From: Bacillus licheniformis DSM 13 = ATCC 14580
GTDB taxonomy: Bacteria > Bacillota > Bacilli > Bacillales > Bacillaceae
Direction of reading: 5' to 3'
NCBI RefSeq assembly: GCF_000011645.1
Contig: NC_006270.3
Location: forward strand, 1,319,902 to 1,359,901
Length of the DNA stretch: 40,000 nt
Below are positions 1 through 9,769 of the stretch, piece after piece; position 1 is the first letter of the stretch; every line of letters begins with the position of its first letter. Below the pieces are notes generated by a model that was not told where the DNA came from, did not search any database, and worked only from the letters and a program-made list of their open reading frames with translations. The position numbers and the translations under genes were made by a program.

Positions 1-750
1 AATGCCATTTGGCTTTTTTTATGGTGCATCAGTTCAACAACAAAGGAAATCGAACGCGATGGGGAGACATGGGGCATCGTGCTCGGCAACAAGCCGCTGA
101 AAGCAGCCGAACTGGCTCTTCAATTCGGCGTCAACGAAAAAACGATCAGAAGATGGCTCGCTCTTCTCGAACGAAACGGCTACATTGCAGTCACAAGAGC
201 GCCTTACGGAATGATTTTGTCAGTCAGACATTCAAAAAAATTTGCCTACGCCAGCCATGTCCGAACAGAACTGCCTGATCGGACAGAAGAGACTGGCAGT
301 GCGGACAAGCTTGTCCAATCCAATAAAGATATCACACAAATCAACACAAAACATAATATGAGTTCCATAAAAACAATAGCAGAACGATTTGCCGCCCTCA
401 GGTCGATGCAGGAAGGAAAGCCCGTCCATCCCTCGTCAAAAGACTATCAGGCCATCGCCCGGATTGTCGCCCGCGGAGTGTCTCTTCCGCAAACAATCAA
501 ATGGCTTGAACAATGTTTTGAGGAGTATGAGGCGCGGCGCCGAAGCCGTCATGAAACGATCAAGGTCTTCAGCTACTGTGAAAAATATATCATCGGCCGG
601 CTGGCTGAAGCGGAAGCGAAAACGAAAACAACTGTCAGGAGGGAGAACAATGCCCAAAAGAACAATCGAAGAGGTCATGGACGAACTGAGAAACAGGAGC
701 CGTCAATCACAGGGGGGCAAACCGGAAGAATCCGCCGCAAAACGGTATGA
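1..750 (+). CDS. xkdB: XkdB-like phage replication-organiser protein, N-terminus cut by the window edge
   Basis: Frame 1 is open from nt 1 (NAIWLFLWCISS...). HTH-like LALQFGVNEKTIRRWLALLERNGYI. Sits directly upstream of the DnaC-like loader. The GTG at 79 in the ORF track is probably internal. Confidence 0.7.
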   Translation, partial: NAIWLFLWCISSTTKEIERDGETWGIVLGNKPLKAAELALQFGVNEKTIRRWLALLERNGYIAVTRAPYGMILSVRHSKKFAYASHVRTELPDRTEETGSADKLVQSNKDITQINTKHNMSSIKTIAERFAALRSMQEGKPVHPSSKDYQAIARIVARGVSLPQTIKWLEQCFEEYEARRRSRHETIKVFSYCEKYIIGRLAEAEAKTKTTVRRENNAQKNNRRGHGRTEKQEPSITGGQTGRIRRKTV

Positions 751-1450
751 CTGTCCGAAGTGCAAAGATGAACTCGGATTTATCGAACGGCGCGGAACGA
801 TGGAAGTATGGGTATCATGCGTCTGCCGCGAATGGCGCAAAGCGCAAAAGCTGTTGAAGACGAGCGAAATCACCGAACAATTTAAAAACTTAAACTTTGC
901 TCAATTCAAGACGGAAGGAAAGCATCAATCTGTAAAAGAGGCGTATGAATGCGCCGTTGAATATGTACAAGCTTACCGGGACATTCAGGAAAGCCGCAGA
1001 AACAGCATCGCGCTCTTGGGACGACCCGGTTCAGGGAAGACTCATTTGCTGACGGCTGCCGCCAATGAGCTGATGAGGAAGCTTTTTGTACCCGTCCTGT
1101 ATTTTCCGTTTGTCGAAGGATTCAATGATTTAAAACAGGACTTTTCGTTGCTTGAGAATAAGCTGAACCGGATGAAGCAAGTCGAGGTGCTGTTTCTTGA
1201 TGACCTGTTTAAGCCGGTGGCAGGCAGGCCGCGGGCAACGGAATGGCAGATCGAACAGACATATGCCGTCGTCAATTACAGGTATTTGAACCATAAGCCG
1301 ATCATGCTGTCCAGCGAGCTAAGCGTTGAAGAAATTGTCAGCATAGACGAAGCGCTCGGAACGAGGCTGGTCGAAATGTGCGGGGACTTTCTCGTCGTCC
1401 TGAACGGGAGCTCTTTCGGCATCAATCATAGACTGGAGGGGATGGTTTGA
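650..1450 (+). CDS. xkdC: DnaC/IstB-like AAA+ helicase loader (XkdC-like)
   Basis: Walker A GRPGSGKTHL, Walker B VLFLDDLF, N-terminal Cys cluster CPKC..CVC. ATG at 650 is preceded by AGGAGGGAG. The ORF-track start at 389 lacks an RBS and runs inside xkdB. Confidence 0.85.
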   Translation: MPKRTIEEVMDELRNRSRQSQGGKPEESAAKRYDCPKCKDELGFIERRGTMEVWVSCVCREWRKAQKLLKTSEITEQFKNLNFAQFKTEGKHQSVKEAYECAVEYVQAYRDIQESRRNSIALLGRPGSGKTHLLTAAANELMRKLFVPVLYFPFVEGFNDLKQDFSLLENKLNRMKQVEVLFLDDLFKPVAGRPRATEWQIEQTYAVVNYRYLNHKPIMLSSELSVEEIVSIDEALGTRLVEMCGDFLVVLNGSSFGINHRLEGMV

Positions 1451-1620
1451 TGTGCCGGCTATGTAATGGGAGAAAATCAATCCATCAGGACGCAAGGGTC
1501 GGAACGATTTTCCGCGCTTGCCCGAACTGCTGCACTGAAAGCGGCGGTTTGACGGATGTGATCAAACATCTGGAAGCGCTGATTGCAAAAATGAAAACAA
1601 GGGTGACACAAGGTGCTTAA
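1450..1620 (+). CDS. small zinc-ribbon protein (56 aa), manually translated
   Basis: MCRLCNGRKSIHQDARVGTIFRACPNCCTESGGLTDVIKHLEALIAKMKTRVTQGA. CxxC...CxxCC pattern. The ATG overlaps the xkdC stop (TGATG). Below the size cut-off of the ORF track. Confidence 0.45.
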   Translation: MCRLCNGRKSIHQDARVGTIFRACPNCCTESGGLTDVIKHLEALIAKMKTRVTQGA

Positions 1621-1720
1621 AAGTTTAAAAGCTATGATTCTCATCATCTGGACAGCGGCAAAAAGAGACGCACAAATTAAACGATGGCACGAAGAAGACG
1701 GAAAGTGAGGAAAGACATAC

Positions 1721-2062
1721 GTGAAAAACGAAAGTGAGGCGTACAGCCCATCACCATGGCGCGTCGTCAGAACAAATACCGACGTATACATTTATTCAGC
1801 ATACAGCAAAGCCGAAAAGAAACGGTTTTCTTATTCCAACGGAAGGGTGATTGCCAAAGTCGCCGACTACAGCGCATATTCCAAGGAAAAAAATGCCCGC
1901 TTAATCGCTGCAGCTCCCGAACTGTTGACCGCAGTGAAGCTCACGCTTGCCTATTTGAAGCGAAAACGGCCCGTTCACAGCGATTCAGTTGAGAATCAAT
2001 TGAAGAATATTTTAGAAAAAGTCGTCGCAAAAGCAGAATTTGAAGAGGAGGAAACAAGATGA
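1721..2062 (+). CDS. xkdD: XkdD-like early protein (113 aa)
   Basis: GTG-initiated ORF. Position and size match PBSX xkdD as I recall (about 114 aa). ATGA-coupled to the next gene. Confidence 0.6.
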   Translation: MKNESEAYSPSPWRVVRTNTDVYIYSAYSKAEKKRFSYSNGRVIAKVADYSAYSKEKNARLIAAAPELLTAVKLTLAYLKRKRPVHSDSVENQLKNILEKVVAKAEFEEEETR

Positions 2063-2262
2063 ACCATCCGGCAAAGTTAACAGATATCAACGATACGACG
2101 GTTGCAAGCCGCATCAAAAAAGGAAAGGTGACGGTGATCGTCCTTGACGGAATGAACGGCACGGCATGGCAGGCCGAGGCGCCTGAGCACGGCAAAACCG
2201 TCATTGAAACGAGAAAGGGAGATCTCGCAAGGATCGAATTTGAAATCGGCTATAAGCTATAG
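2059..2262 (+). CDS. xtrA: XtrA-like small protein (67 aa)
   Basis: Position immediately upstream of xpf and size (PBSX XtrA is about 69 aa). ATGA overlap with the preceding ORF. Confidence 0.6.
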   Translation: MNHPAKLTDINDTTVASRIKKGKVTVIVLDGMNGTAWQAEAPEHGKTVIETRKGDLARIEFEIGYKL

Positions 2263-2301
2263 CTCTACAACTTGAATATTTGTCCAAGACGGAAAGCCTG
2301 C

Positions 2302-2360
2302 GGACGCTGATCAGGATGCACATCTTAACTGTGCGGCTGATTGGTGTCCTTTTTTATTTC
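2302..2360 (+). terminator. intrinsic-terminator-like imperfect hairpin plus T-tract just upstream of xpf
   Basis: GGACGCTGATCAGGATGCACA (2302-2322) / loop TCTTAAC / TGTGCGGCTGATTGGTGTCC (2330-2349). About 15 paired positions with internal loops, followed by TTTTTTATTT. Confidence 0.45.
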
Positions 2361-2382
2361 AAAAAAACGGAGGTACATTAAA

Positions 2383-2886
2383 ATGGAAGATTTGCTTTTC
2401 GAATATAAAAGAGCGCTGAAAAACACGAAAAAATTGTATAAGCCCTATCAAGATGAACAAGGGCTGACGGCTGAACAGCTGAATGATAAAAAACTGATCA
2501 GAAACATGATGACCGATTTGGAATATGTGATCGACTGGCTTGAAAACGGAAGAGAACCTGGAATCAGACGGGCGATTGACAGGCGCGACTCTTATAAGCG
2601 GATGCTCCTGAAAGATCCGCGGATCATCGACACGTTTTCAGAACAGAGTGCATTTGAACCGGCTCAGGAAGTGTCAGCATACGATAAAGCCCGGATTGAA
2701 TCAGCGCTGTCTGCCCTTACGGCACGCGAAAAAGAAATCTTCATTTTACATAAGGTCGAACAGTTTTCCTATGAGCGGATTGCCGCCATGCTCGGCATCA
2801 AAAAGTCTACTGTTCAAACCAATGTGAAACGGGCGCAGCTGAAAATCGCGAAACAGATCGAAAAGCCTCTCGATTGTATGGCATAA
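2383..2886 (+). CDS. xpf: PBSX late-gene positive control factor, sigma-70-like (Xpf)
   Basis: 167 aa. C-terminal region-4-type HTH (REKEIFILHKVEQFSYERIAAMLGIKKSTVQTNVKRAQLKI). ATG at 2383 preceded by ACGGAGGT. Located just before the terminase genes. Confidence 0.85.
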   Translation: MEDLLFEYKRALKNTKKLYKPYQDEQGLTAEQLNDKKLIRNMMTDLEYVIDWLENGREPGIRRAIDRRDSYKRMLLKDPRIIDTFSEQSAFEPAQEVSAYDKARIESALSALTAREKEIFILHKVEQFSYERIAAMLGIKKSTVQTNVKRAQLKIAKQIEKPLDCMA

Positions 2887-3028
2887 CGATATATCTGTCT
2901 TTTGTCATACGTTTGCCACCTATAAGTGAAAAGAGAAAAAATATAACAAAGCATACTGTTCATATGGAAGATTCATATAGCGATTAAATATTACTGTTTC
3001 CGAGAATGAGAGGCGGTGAAAATGAACA

Positions 3029-3829
3029 ATGCCAAGGAAAAGGGATCCAAAAAGGGATGAAGCTTTTCGTCTCTATCAAAAATACGGGGGAAACATTACG
3101 AATCTCGCAATCGCAAGAGAACTCGGCGTTTCAAATAAAAAAATCAGCGTTTGGAAAACCCGCGACCGCTGGCAAGAGGCTTTAGCCGGAGATGACGCGA
3201 ACCGTGGAAAAGCAGACATTCACAATGAAGGGCTGAATGAACGGCAGCGGCTGTTTTGCATCTATTATGTGAAAAGCTTCAATGCCACCCAAGCGGCGGT
3301 AAAAGCGGGCTATTCCCCGGCCAGCGCCCATGTGACAGGCTGCCGGCTTTTGAAAAATGAAAAGGTGGCCGATGAAATCAGGCGAATCAAAAAAGAAATG
3401 GTAGGGGAGATATTCGTCGAGGCGATGGATGTTCTCCAAGTCTATGTAAAAATCGCGTTTGCCGATATGACCGATTATGTGACTTTCGGCAAAAAAGAGG
3501 TACAGGCTGTCGGAAAGTCCGGACCGCTGTTTGATGAAGAAAACAATCCGGTTATGAAAGAGGTCAGCTTTGTGGATGTGAAACATTCCGACCTCGTCGA
3601 TGGCACAGTCATCACGGAAGCGAAACTCGGGAAAGAAGGGATCGCGATCAAGCTGGCCGATAAAATGAAGGCGCTCGATAAGCTCTCACAGTATTTTGAC
3701 CTTTTCCCTGATTCATTTAAGCGGAAAATTGAAAATGAGAAGCTGAAGCTCGCCAGACAAAAAGCCGACAAAGATGCGGAAACGGGTCCCGTTGAAGTGG
3801 TCATCGCCCGAAAAGGTGATCAGGCTTGA
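3029..3829 (+). CDS. xtmA: terminase small subunit
   Basis: N-terminal HTH ([26 protein letters not shown]) and the typical small-terminase core [28 protein letters not shown]. Precedes the large subunit with overlapping stop/start. Confidence 0.85.
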   Translation: MPRKRDPKRDEAFRLYQKYGGNITNLAIARELGVSNKKISVWKTRDRWQEALAGDDANRGKADIHNEGLNERQRLFCIYYVKSFNATQAAVKAGYSPASAHVTGCRLLKNEKVADEIRRIKKEMVGEIFVEAMDVLQVYVKIAFADMTDYVTFGKKEVQAVGKSGPLFDEENNPVMKEVSFVDVKHSDLVDGTVITEAKLGKEGIAIKLADKMKALDKLSQYFDLFPDSFKRKIENEKLKLARQKADKDAETGPVEVVIARKGDQA

Positions 3830-5124
3830 TCATAAAAGAAGTCAATCCGCATTTTGAAGATTATTTGTTTAACTGGGATCAGACCTTTCAATTTCTTGTC
3901 GGCGGATACGGTTCGTCGAAAAGCTATCATACCGCTTTAAAAGTCGTATTAAAACTGCTTCAGGAAAAGCGGACCGCTCTTGTCGTAAGGGAAGTGTTTG
4001 AAACACACAGGGATTCGACGTTTTCTTTATTCGCATCCATTATCGATGAGCTGGGTGTCCAAAAGGCGGCTCAGGCGGTTTCTTCTCCGATGCATATCAG
4101 GTTTGCAAACGGCAGCCGAATTATTTTTAAAGGAATGGACAACCCGGCGAAATTGAAATCCGTCAACAACATCTCGCTGATTTGGATTGAAGAATGTTCA
4201 GAGGTGAAGTATGAAGGCTTCAAGGAACTGATCGGCCGGCTGAGGCATCCTTATCACAGGCTGTATATGATGTTGACGACAAACCCCGTCAGCCAGTCAA
4301 ACTGGACGTACAGACACTTTTTCAAGGATGAGCGGAACAAGCGGTTCATTTTGGATGATGAGGTCTTGTATAAAAAGCGGGTCGCTGTCGTCGGTGATAC
4401 GTATTACCACCATTCCACAGCTGATGACAACCTGTTTTTGCCGAAAAGCTACCTCAAACAGCTTGATGATATGAAAGCATATGATCCCGACCTGTACCGG
4501 ATTGCCAGAAAAGGGCGGTTTGGGGTAAACGGCACCAGGGTTCTGCCGCAATTTGAAGTGATGGAGCATGAGGAGGTCATGAGGCAGATCTCCGCCATTT
4601 CCAACCCGCTGAAGAGAACCGGAATGGATTTCGGATTTGAGGAATCATACAATGCCGTCGTCCGGGCGGCCGTCGATCCCGACAAAAAATATCTATATAT
4701 CTATTGGGAGTACTACAAAAATAAAATGACAGATGATAAGACGGCCGAAGAACTTCACGAATTCGCGGTTGCGAAGGAGCTGATTAAAGCTGATCCCGCT
4801 GAGCCGAAAAGCATTCAGTTTTTCAGGCAGAATGGTTTTAACATGACAGCAGCACGCAAGTTCCAAGGCTCGCGCCTGCAATATACGAAAAAAATCAAGC
4901 GGTTTAAAAAAATATTCTGTTCTGACCGATGTGCCAATACGATCTACGAATTGCAGCCGCTGACCTATGCGACGGATCAAGACGGCAATCTGAAGGAGGA
5001 TCAGTTTACAATTGATCCGCACACGCTTTCCGCGCTATGGTACGCGCTTGATGATTATGAAGTAACCGATTTGAAGGCTGAGCCGGAAGTGAGAAAACGG
5101 CCGAACAGGAAAAGGGGGAGATAG
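3826..5124 (+). CDS. xtmB: terminase large subunit (PBSX family)
   Basis: 432 aa. TTG start overlapping the xtmA stop. P-loop-like VGGYGSSKS. Size and position match XtmB. Confidence 0.9.
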   Translation: MIIKEVNPHFEDYLFNWDQTFQFLVGGYGSSKSYHTALKVVLKLLQEKRTALVVREVFETHRDSTFSLFASIIDELGVQKAAQAVSSPMHIRFANGSRIIFKGMDNPAKLKSVNNISLIWIEECSEVKYEGFKELIGRLRHPYHRLYMMLTTNPVSQSNWTYRHFFKDERNKRFILDDEVLYKKRVAVVGDTYYHHSTADDNLFLPKSYLKQLDDMKAYDPDLYRIARKGRFGVNGTRVLPQFEVMEHEEVMRQISAISNPLKRTGMDFGFEESYNAVVRAAVDPDKKYLYIYWEYYKNKMTDDKTAEELHEFAVAKELIKADPAEPKSIQFFRQNGFNMTAARKFQGSRLQYTKKIKRFKKIFCSDRCANTIYELQPLTYATDQDGNLKEDQFTIDPHTLSALWYALDDYEVTDLKAEPEVRKRPNRKRGR

Positions 5125-5127
5125 CGT

Positions 5128-6642
5128 ATGTCCACTCAGCAAACGGTAAGAGCGAAAGTCATGAAATCCCGTTTTCACGGGCCTGTAACAAAACAAATAT
5201 ATGAAGATCAATTTTCGGAGATCTACGGCGATGATATTATCGCTCCGCCGTACAATTTGAAAGAATTGAAAGCCATTGCCGAATATTCTTCAATTCTTCA
5301 GCAATGCATTGACGCCTATAAAACGAATATTGCGGGGTTCGGGCTCGATGTAGAATACGCTTTTGATTTCAACGGGGCGGATGTGACGCCCGATCGGAAA
5401 AAAGCTGCTGAGTCCGATTGGACAAGGCTTGAAGATTTTTGCCGCCACCTTCATTTTGACGAATCGGCTGAAACAATTTTAAGCCATATGATAGAGGACC
5501 GCGAAAAAACCGGGAACGGGTTTTTGGAGGTGCTCAGAAACGGTGCGGGGCAGCCGGCCGGAATTGAATATCTCGATGTCAAAAATATGCGGGTATGCGG
5601 ATTGACAGAACCGATCGAAGTTGAATTCGCCTACATGGAAAACGGATCGCTAAAAAACATCAAGAGGGAGAAAAGGTTCCGCAAATACGTTCAGATGATT
5701 GACGGCAGGAAAGTGTACTTTAAAGAGTACGGCGATCCGCGCGTCATGGATATGACCACCGGAGAGTTTGACAGGCAGACTCCCCCTGAACGAAGCGCGA
5801 ATGAAGCGATCCATTTTAAAATCGGCAGCGGCGTCTACGGCGTTCCGCGCTGGATCGGAAATATTGTCAACCTGTACGGGGCGCGGAAAGCGGAAGAGCT
5901 GAATTATATGTACTTCAGACAAGGCCGGCACGTACCTGCCGTCATTACGGTTGAAAACGGCATGCTCTCAGAGGCTTCCTACAGAGAGCTGCAGGAATAT
6001 ATGAACGACTTGGAAGGGGTTGAAAATGCCCACAAATTTTTGCTGATCGAAGCGGAGGGAATCGCACAGGAAAAAGACATTCACGGCAGCCAGGACATTA
6101 CGCCGGTGAAGGTGGACATCAAATCCCTCGCCGAAATTTTGCAGGAAGATGCGCTGTTTCTTGAATATGACGAGAAAACCCGGAATAAAATCCGCTCTTC
6201 CTTCAGGCTCCCGCCGCTCTACACCGGTGATGCCCATGAATATAACAGGGCGACAGCCGATACCGCCCGCAAAATCACCGAAGAACAGGTTTTTGAACCG
6301 GAGCGGAAAATATTGATCGGCAAGCTGAATACGCTGTTTCTCCGCGATTTAAACATTTTCCACGCGAGGCTCCAGCTGAAAGGACCGGACTTTCGCGATC
6401 CGCTTGAGATCGCAAAAGTGCTCGGTCCTTTTATTCAGGCAGGAGCAGTATCTGCAAATGATTTGCGCGACCTGGCCGGCAGAGTGCTCGGCAAGACGCT
6501 AGATGAATGGCCGGAGGAAGAATTCAGCAGGCCGCTCGTTTACCAGGAAAGCTCAAAGCGTGCGGAAGCGGAAGCAGGAGCATTGCTGCCTGAACTGCAG
6601 GAAGCCGTCGAGACATTGAAACAGATCACTGAAAGGAGGTGA
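5128..6642 (+). CDS. xkdE: portal protein
   Basis: 504 aa ORF directly after the large terminase, RBS GGGGGAG. Order and size typical for a portal. Confidence 0.85.
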   Translation: MSTQQTVRAKVMKSRFHGPVTKQIYEDQFSEIYGDDIIAPPYNLKELKAIAEYSSILQQCIDAYKTNIAGFGLDVEYAFDFNGADVTPDRKKAAESDWTRLEDFCRHLHFDESAETILSHMIEDREKTGNGFLEVLRNGAGQPAGIEYLDVKNMRVCGLTEPIEVEFAYMENGSLKNIKREKRFRKYVQMIDGRKVYFKEYGDPRVMDMTTGEFDRQTPPERSANEAIHFKIGSGVYGVPRWIGNIVNLYGARKAEELNYMYFRQGRHVPAVITVENGMLSEASYRELQEYMNDLEGVENAHKFLLIEAEGIAQEKDIHGSQDITPVKVDIKSLAEILQEDALFLEYDEKTRNKIRSSFRLPPLYTGDAHEYNRATADTARKITEEQVFEPERKILIGKLNTLFLRDLNIFHARLQLKGPDFRDPLEIAKVLGPFIQAGAVSANDLRDLAGRVLGKTLDEWPEEEFSRPLVYQESSKRAEAEAGALLPELQEAVETLKQITERR

Positions 6643-6649
6643 ACATTTC

Positions 6650-7498
6650 GTGCCGAGAGAGCTTAAAAATGCCAAAATCAATTTCGTCAGTTATGTCGAC
6701 AAAGCGGCGAACAAAAAGAAATTCTTCATGACGAAGTCGAGTGAACCGCCGACATTTCAAAAGGAAGTCAAGCTGATTGCAAAAGCCGAGGATGAAAAGA
6801 AGCTCGTCTACGGCGTTGTCTACGAGCCGGACATTCAGGATGCCCACGGCGACTTTATGACGGCTGAAGAAATCCAAAAAGCCGCCCACGGTTTTCTGAA
6901 AAATGCCCGGAAGATCGACAAGGATCACAATTTCCAGGGAGGCGTCGGAGAAGTCGTGGAGTCCTACGTAGCGCCGGCTGATTTTGAAGTAAACGGCGAA
7001 ACGATTGTGAAAGGCTCTTGGGTGCTGGTGACAAAAGCCGGCGATGAGATCTGGGAACAGATTAAAAAAGGAAGCATCACCGGCTACAGCATGGCGGGCA
7101 CTGCCGAAACGGTCGAGCACGCGCCCCAAGCCGACTCTGAAACCGATGAGCCCGGCAGTTTCTTTCAGCTGTTTAAGCAGTTTTTTGCCGGCGACAAACA
7201 AAAAACGGGAGAGGAAGAAAAAAAGATGAAACGATCAGAAGTTCAAGGAACGATTGAAGCCGTCTTGGCTCCGCTTCTCAAACGTCTTGACGATTTGGAA
7301 GGGGATAAAGCGGCAGATGAAAAAGAGCAACAGACAGACCAAGACGCACATGTGAAGGAAATCGTCGAGGACATGCTCGCCCCTCTTATTGCACGCATTG
7401 AAGCACTCGAAAAGATGAGAGGCGCCTCAAAGCAGGCAGCAGCCGAAAAAGACGGGGAAGAAGAAGTTAAAAAATCGATTTGGAGCGGATTGCTTTAA
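6650..7498 (+). CDS. xkdF: XkdF-type prohead protease-like / scaffold protein
   Basis: GTG start after AAAGGAGGTG. The N-terminal two thirds are globular. The C-terminal ~90 aa are acidic and helical with a repeated LAPL(L/I)xR(L/I)xxLE motif, typical of scaffolds. Lies between portal and capsid. Confidence 0.8.
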   Translation: MPRELKNAKINFVSYVDKAANKKKFFMTKSSEPPTFQKEVKLIAKAEDEKKLVYGVVYEPDIQDAHGDFMTAEEIQKAAHGFLKNARKIDKDHNFQGGVGEVVESYVAPADFEVNGETIVKGSWVLVTKAGDEIWEQIKKGSITGYSMAGTAETVEHAPQADSETDEPGSFFQLFKQFFAGDKQKTGEEEKKMKRSEVQGTIEAVLAPLLKRLDDLEGDKAADEKEQQTDQDAHVKEIVEDMLAPLIARIEALEKMRGASKQAAAEKDGEEEVKKSIWSGLL

Positions 7499-7515
7499 TT
7501 TGGAGGAGGAAGACA

Positions 7516-8451
7516 ATGAGAAATCAAGAGATTATTCGTAAAGCCGAGATGTCGCTTGCGACTTTGAAAAGCGGAGGATTAATGAATCCGGCGCAGGCTT
7601 CTGCATTTATTCGCATGGTGCAAAACACGCCGACAATTTTCAGCGAATCGCGCGTGATTCAAATGGAAAACGACTCGCAAAAATTTGAAAAGATCGGCTT
7701 TGGCCAGCGGATTTTACGAGCGGCTGATGAAGGTAAGGCATTGGCGAAAGATCAATTAACCGCACCGGTGACCAGCACGGTCGAACTGAACGCGAAAGAA
7801 GTCATTGCCGAAGTCAACATCACTTATGACACGCTCGAAAATAACATTGAAAAAGACGGCCTTCAACAGACGCTGATGCAAATGCTGGCGGAGCGGGCTG
7901 CCGTTGATATTGAAGAACTGATCGTCAATGGTGATGTCGCATCCTCAGATCCATACCTTGCCCAGCTCGACGGGATCCGGAAGCAGTCCGTCTCCCATAT
8001 CGTCGATGCGGGCGGGGAGCAAATCAGCCGGCAGCTTTTCAAACAGGGGCTGAAAGCTGTTCCGGCAAAATATATGCGCGTTCCTCAGGAATTCAGATTC
8101 TTCACATCGCTCGGCCAGGAGATTGAATGGAAAGACCGCGTCGCAGAACGTCAAACGACTCTCGGGGATGCGGCGGTACAGGGCGGACTTTCTACCGCTT
8201 TTGGCGTGCCTGTTAAAGGGGTCTCAAATATTCAGCCGTATGCATACGGAGAAGGAGATGCGGCCGCCGAAGCATCAGACATTATTTTGACGCACCCGAA
8301 AAATATCATTCTCGGTTTCTCGCGCAATATCAGAATTGAAGTCGATAAAGACATTCGCGCGCGCAAATTCATCATTGTCCTGACGGCAAAACTGGACAGC
8401 AAATTCGAGGAAGAAGACGCGGTTGCAAAAATCATCAATGTAAAAGAGTAA
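7516..8451 (+). CDS. xkdG: major capsid protein
   Basis: 311 aa from the ATG at 7516 (RBS GGAGGAGGAAG). Same length as I recall for PBSX XkdG. Position after protease/scaffold. Confidence 0.85.
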   Translation: MRNQEIIRKAEMSLATLKSGGLMNPAQASAFIRMVQNTPTIFSESRVIQMENDSQKFEKIGFGQRILRAADEGKALAKDQLTAPVTSTVELNAKEVIAEVNITYDTLENNIEKDGLQQTLMQMLAERAAVDIEELIVNGDVASSDPYLAQLDGIRKQSVSHIVDAGGEQISRQLFKQGLKAVPAKYMRVPQEFRFFTSLGQEIEWKDRVAERQTTLGDAAVQGGLSTAFGVPVKGVSNIQPYAYGEGDAAAEASDIILTHPKNIILGFSRNIRIEVDKDIRARKFIIVLTAKLDSKFEEEDAVAKIINVKE

Positions 8452-8544
8452 ATGCTGAGTTCGAACCGTTCCAAAGGAAGAACAGCCGACCGGCGGAAAC
8501 CGAGCCCGGACAACAGCTAAAAGCTCTGGAAGGATGTGATGAAC

Positions 8545-8919
8545 ATGCTGATCACGCCCGACGATATCATCCAATATTCCGTTATTGAAGCCGTGAAAAA
8601 CCGGCCGCAGGAATTGCTGCGTCAGGATATCCTTGAAGCTGAAGCGGAAGCCGAGCAGATAACGGGGCACCGTTTTACAGATGAAAAATATGATCCGCTG
8701 CCGGAAAAGGCAAGGCTCGCTTTGCTGCAGCTGGCACAGTACTTTGCATTGAAAAACGGTGATGAATCGCTTTTGAAAGGCTACAAATCTGAGAAATTGG
8801 GAGACTACTCCTATACGCTTTCAAGAAGCGGAGGCCTAGTGAAGCCCGACGTCTATAAACTGCTCGAAGAATTTATTCTTGATTATGAATCTGTTCGATT
8901 CAAGGTGCGCCCGCTATGA
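8545..8919 (+). CDS. head-tail connector / head completion protein (YqbG-like), function from position only
   Basis: ORF open from 8536 with candidate starts GTG 8536, ATG 8539 and ATG 8545. RBS GGAAGGA at 8528-8534 favours 8545. ATGA-coupled to the next gene. Confidence 0.6.
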   Translation: MLITPDDIIQYSVIEAVKNRPQELLRQDILEAEAEAEQITGHRFTDEKYDPLPEKARLALLQLAQYFALKNGDESLLKGYKSEKLGDYSYTLSRSGGLVKPDVYKLLEEFILDYESVRFKVRPL

Positions 8920-9272
8920 GCTACAAAAGGTTATTAAGCGACCGCTGCGATATCTATCATTTAAAGGAAGACCAGGCTGAGGAAGCAAGGTACGGCATTC
9001 CTGCGCGAGACCTGCAGCCGATTCGCACATACGGGGAAACACCTGATCTTCAAAACGTTCCCTGCTATTTTACGGAAAAAAACCAGTCGATCGTCCAGCA
9101 AGATCCCGAACAGGTTATTTATCATTCATATTTGGCCCATTTTCCGGCGGAGGCAGATGTGCGCCTTCACGATAAGGCGGTCTGGAACGGTGTCGCCTAC
9201 ACGCTGCAGCAGCCGCGCAACATCAAAGGCCATCACCTCGAAGTGTTAGCGGTCAGGGATGAAAAACTATGA
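8916..9272 (+). CDS. xkdH: head-tail adaptor (XkdH-like, 118 aa)
   Basis: Order and size match (PBSX XkdH is 118 aa as I recall). Translationally coupled on both sides. Confidence 0.65.
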   Translation: MSYKRLLSDRCDIYHLKEDQAEEARYGIPARDLQPIRTYGETPDLQNVPCYFTEKNQSIVQQDPEQVIYHSYLAHFPAEADVRLHDKAVWNGVAYTLQQPRNIKGHHLEVLAVRDEKL

Positions 9273-9757
9273 AAATCAAAGGATTGAAACAGCTGTCGCA
9301 GACGCTGGAAAAAGCAGGGCAGAGCGGCTTTCGAAATGAAGCTGCCAAGTGGCTTGAACAGGCGGGAACCGATTTTTTGGACCTGGTCTGTGACGAAATC
9401 GTGCGCGCCGGATCGATTGATACCGGCAGCCTTTTGCGCTCTTTCAAGCGGGGAGCCGAAGGGAACAGGTGGGAAATCGAAAAAGGCGGACTCACGCTTG
9501 AAGTCGGGACGGAGTTAGAGTACGCCTCATTTGTAAATGACGGCCATTGGACAGGCGGAAAAGACGAAGTCAGGTGGGTTCCGGGACAATGGCACGGCGG
9601 CCGGTTTCAATATGATCCCGGTTCATCGTCCGGCATGGCCTTAAAACGGCAATGGGTAAAGGGAACAGGCTATTGGGAGCATGCGCTTTACATATTTGAG
9701 CGTTTATTTGAAAAACGCCTGAATGAAAGGCTGCAAAAATGGCTGAATTCCCTTTAA
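9269..9757 (+). CDS. xkdI: tail-completion protein (XkdI-like, HK97 gp10-type position)
   Basis: 162 aa. ATGA overlap with xkdH. Position in the connector block. Confidence 0.65.
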   Translation: MKIKGLKQLSQTLEKAGQSGFRNEAAKWLEQAGTDFLDLVCDEIVRAGSIDTGSLLRSFKRGAEGNRWEIEKGGLTLEVGTELEYASFVNDGHWTGGKDEVRWVPGQWHGGRFQYDPGSSSGMALKRQWVKGTGYWEHALYIFERLFEKRLNERLQKWLNSL

Positions 9758-9769
9758 GGAGGTGAAGCT

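Noticed and set aside
9-278. 89-aa ORF in frame 3 at the left edge
   Set aside because: It overlaps the HTH-containing frame-1 ORF (xkdB). Its peptide is Arg-rich and low in complexity.
389-649. Upstream 87-codon extension of the xkdC ORF given in the track
   Set aside because: It lies entirely inside xkdB in another frame and encodes an Arg/Ser/Pro-rich nonsense-like peptide with no RBS. ATG 650 has a strong RBS.
1634-1708. 24-aa ORF (MILIIWTAAKRDAQIKRWHEEDGK) between the zinc-ribbon ORF and xkdD
   Set aside because: It is too short, has no convincing RBS and carries no recognisable motif. I cannot support it from sequence alone.
6626-7201. 191-aa minus-strand ORF
   Set aside because: It is fully antisense to xkdF, has no RBS, and the element is otherwise strictly single-stranded in its coding.
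8452-8544. Possible terminator after the major capsid gene
   Set aside because: I could find only 4-5 bp palindromes (TTCGAA, CCGG), with no stable stem plus T-tract.
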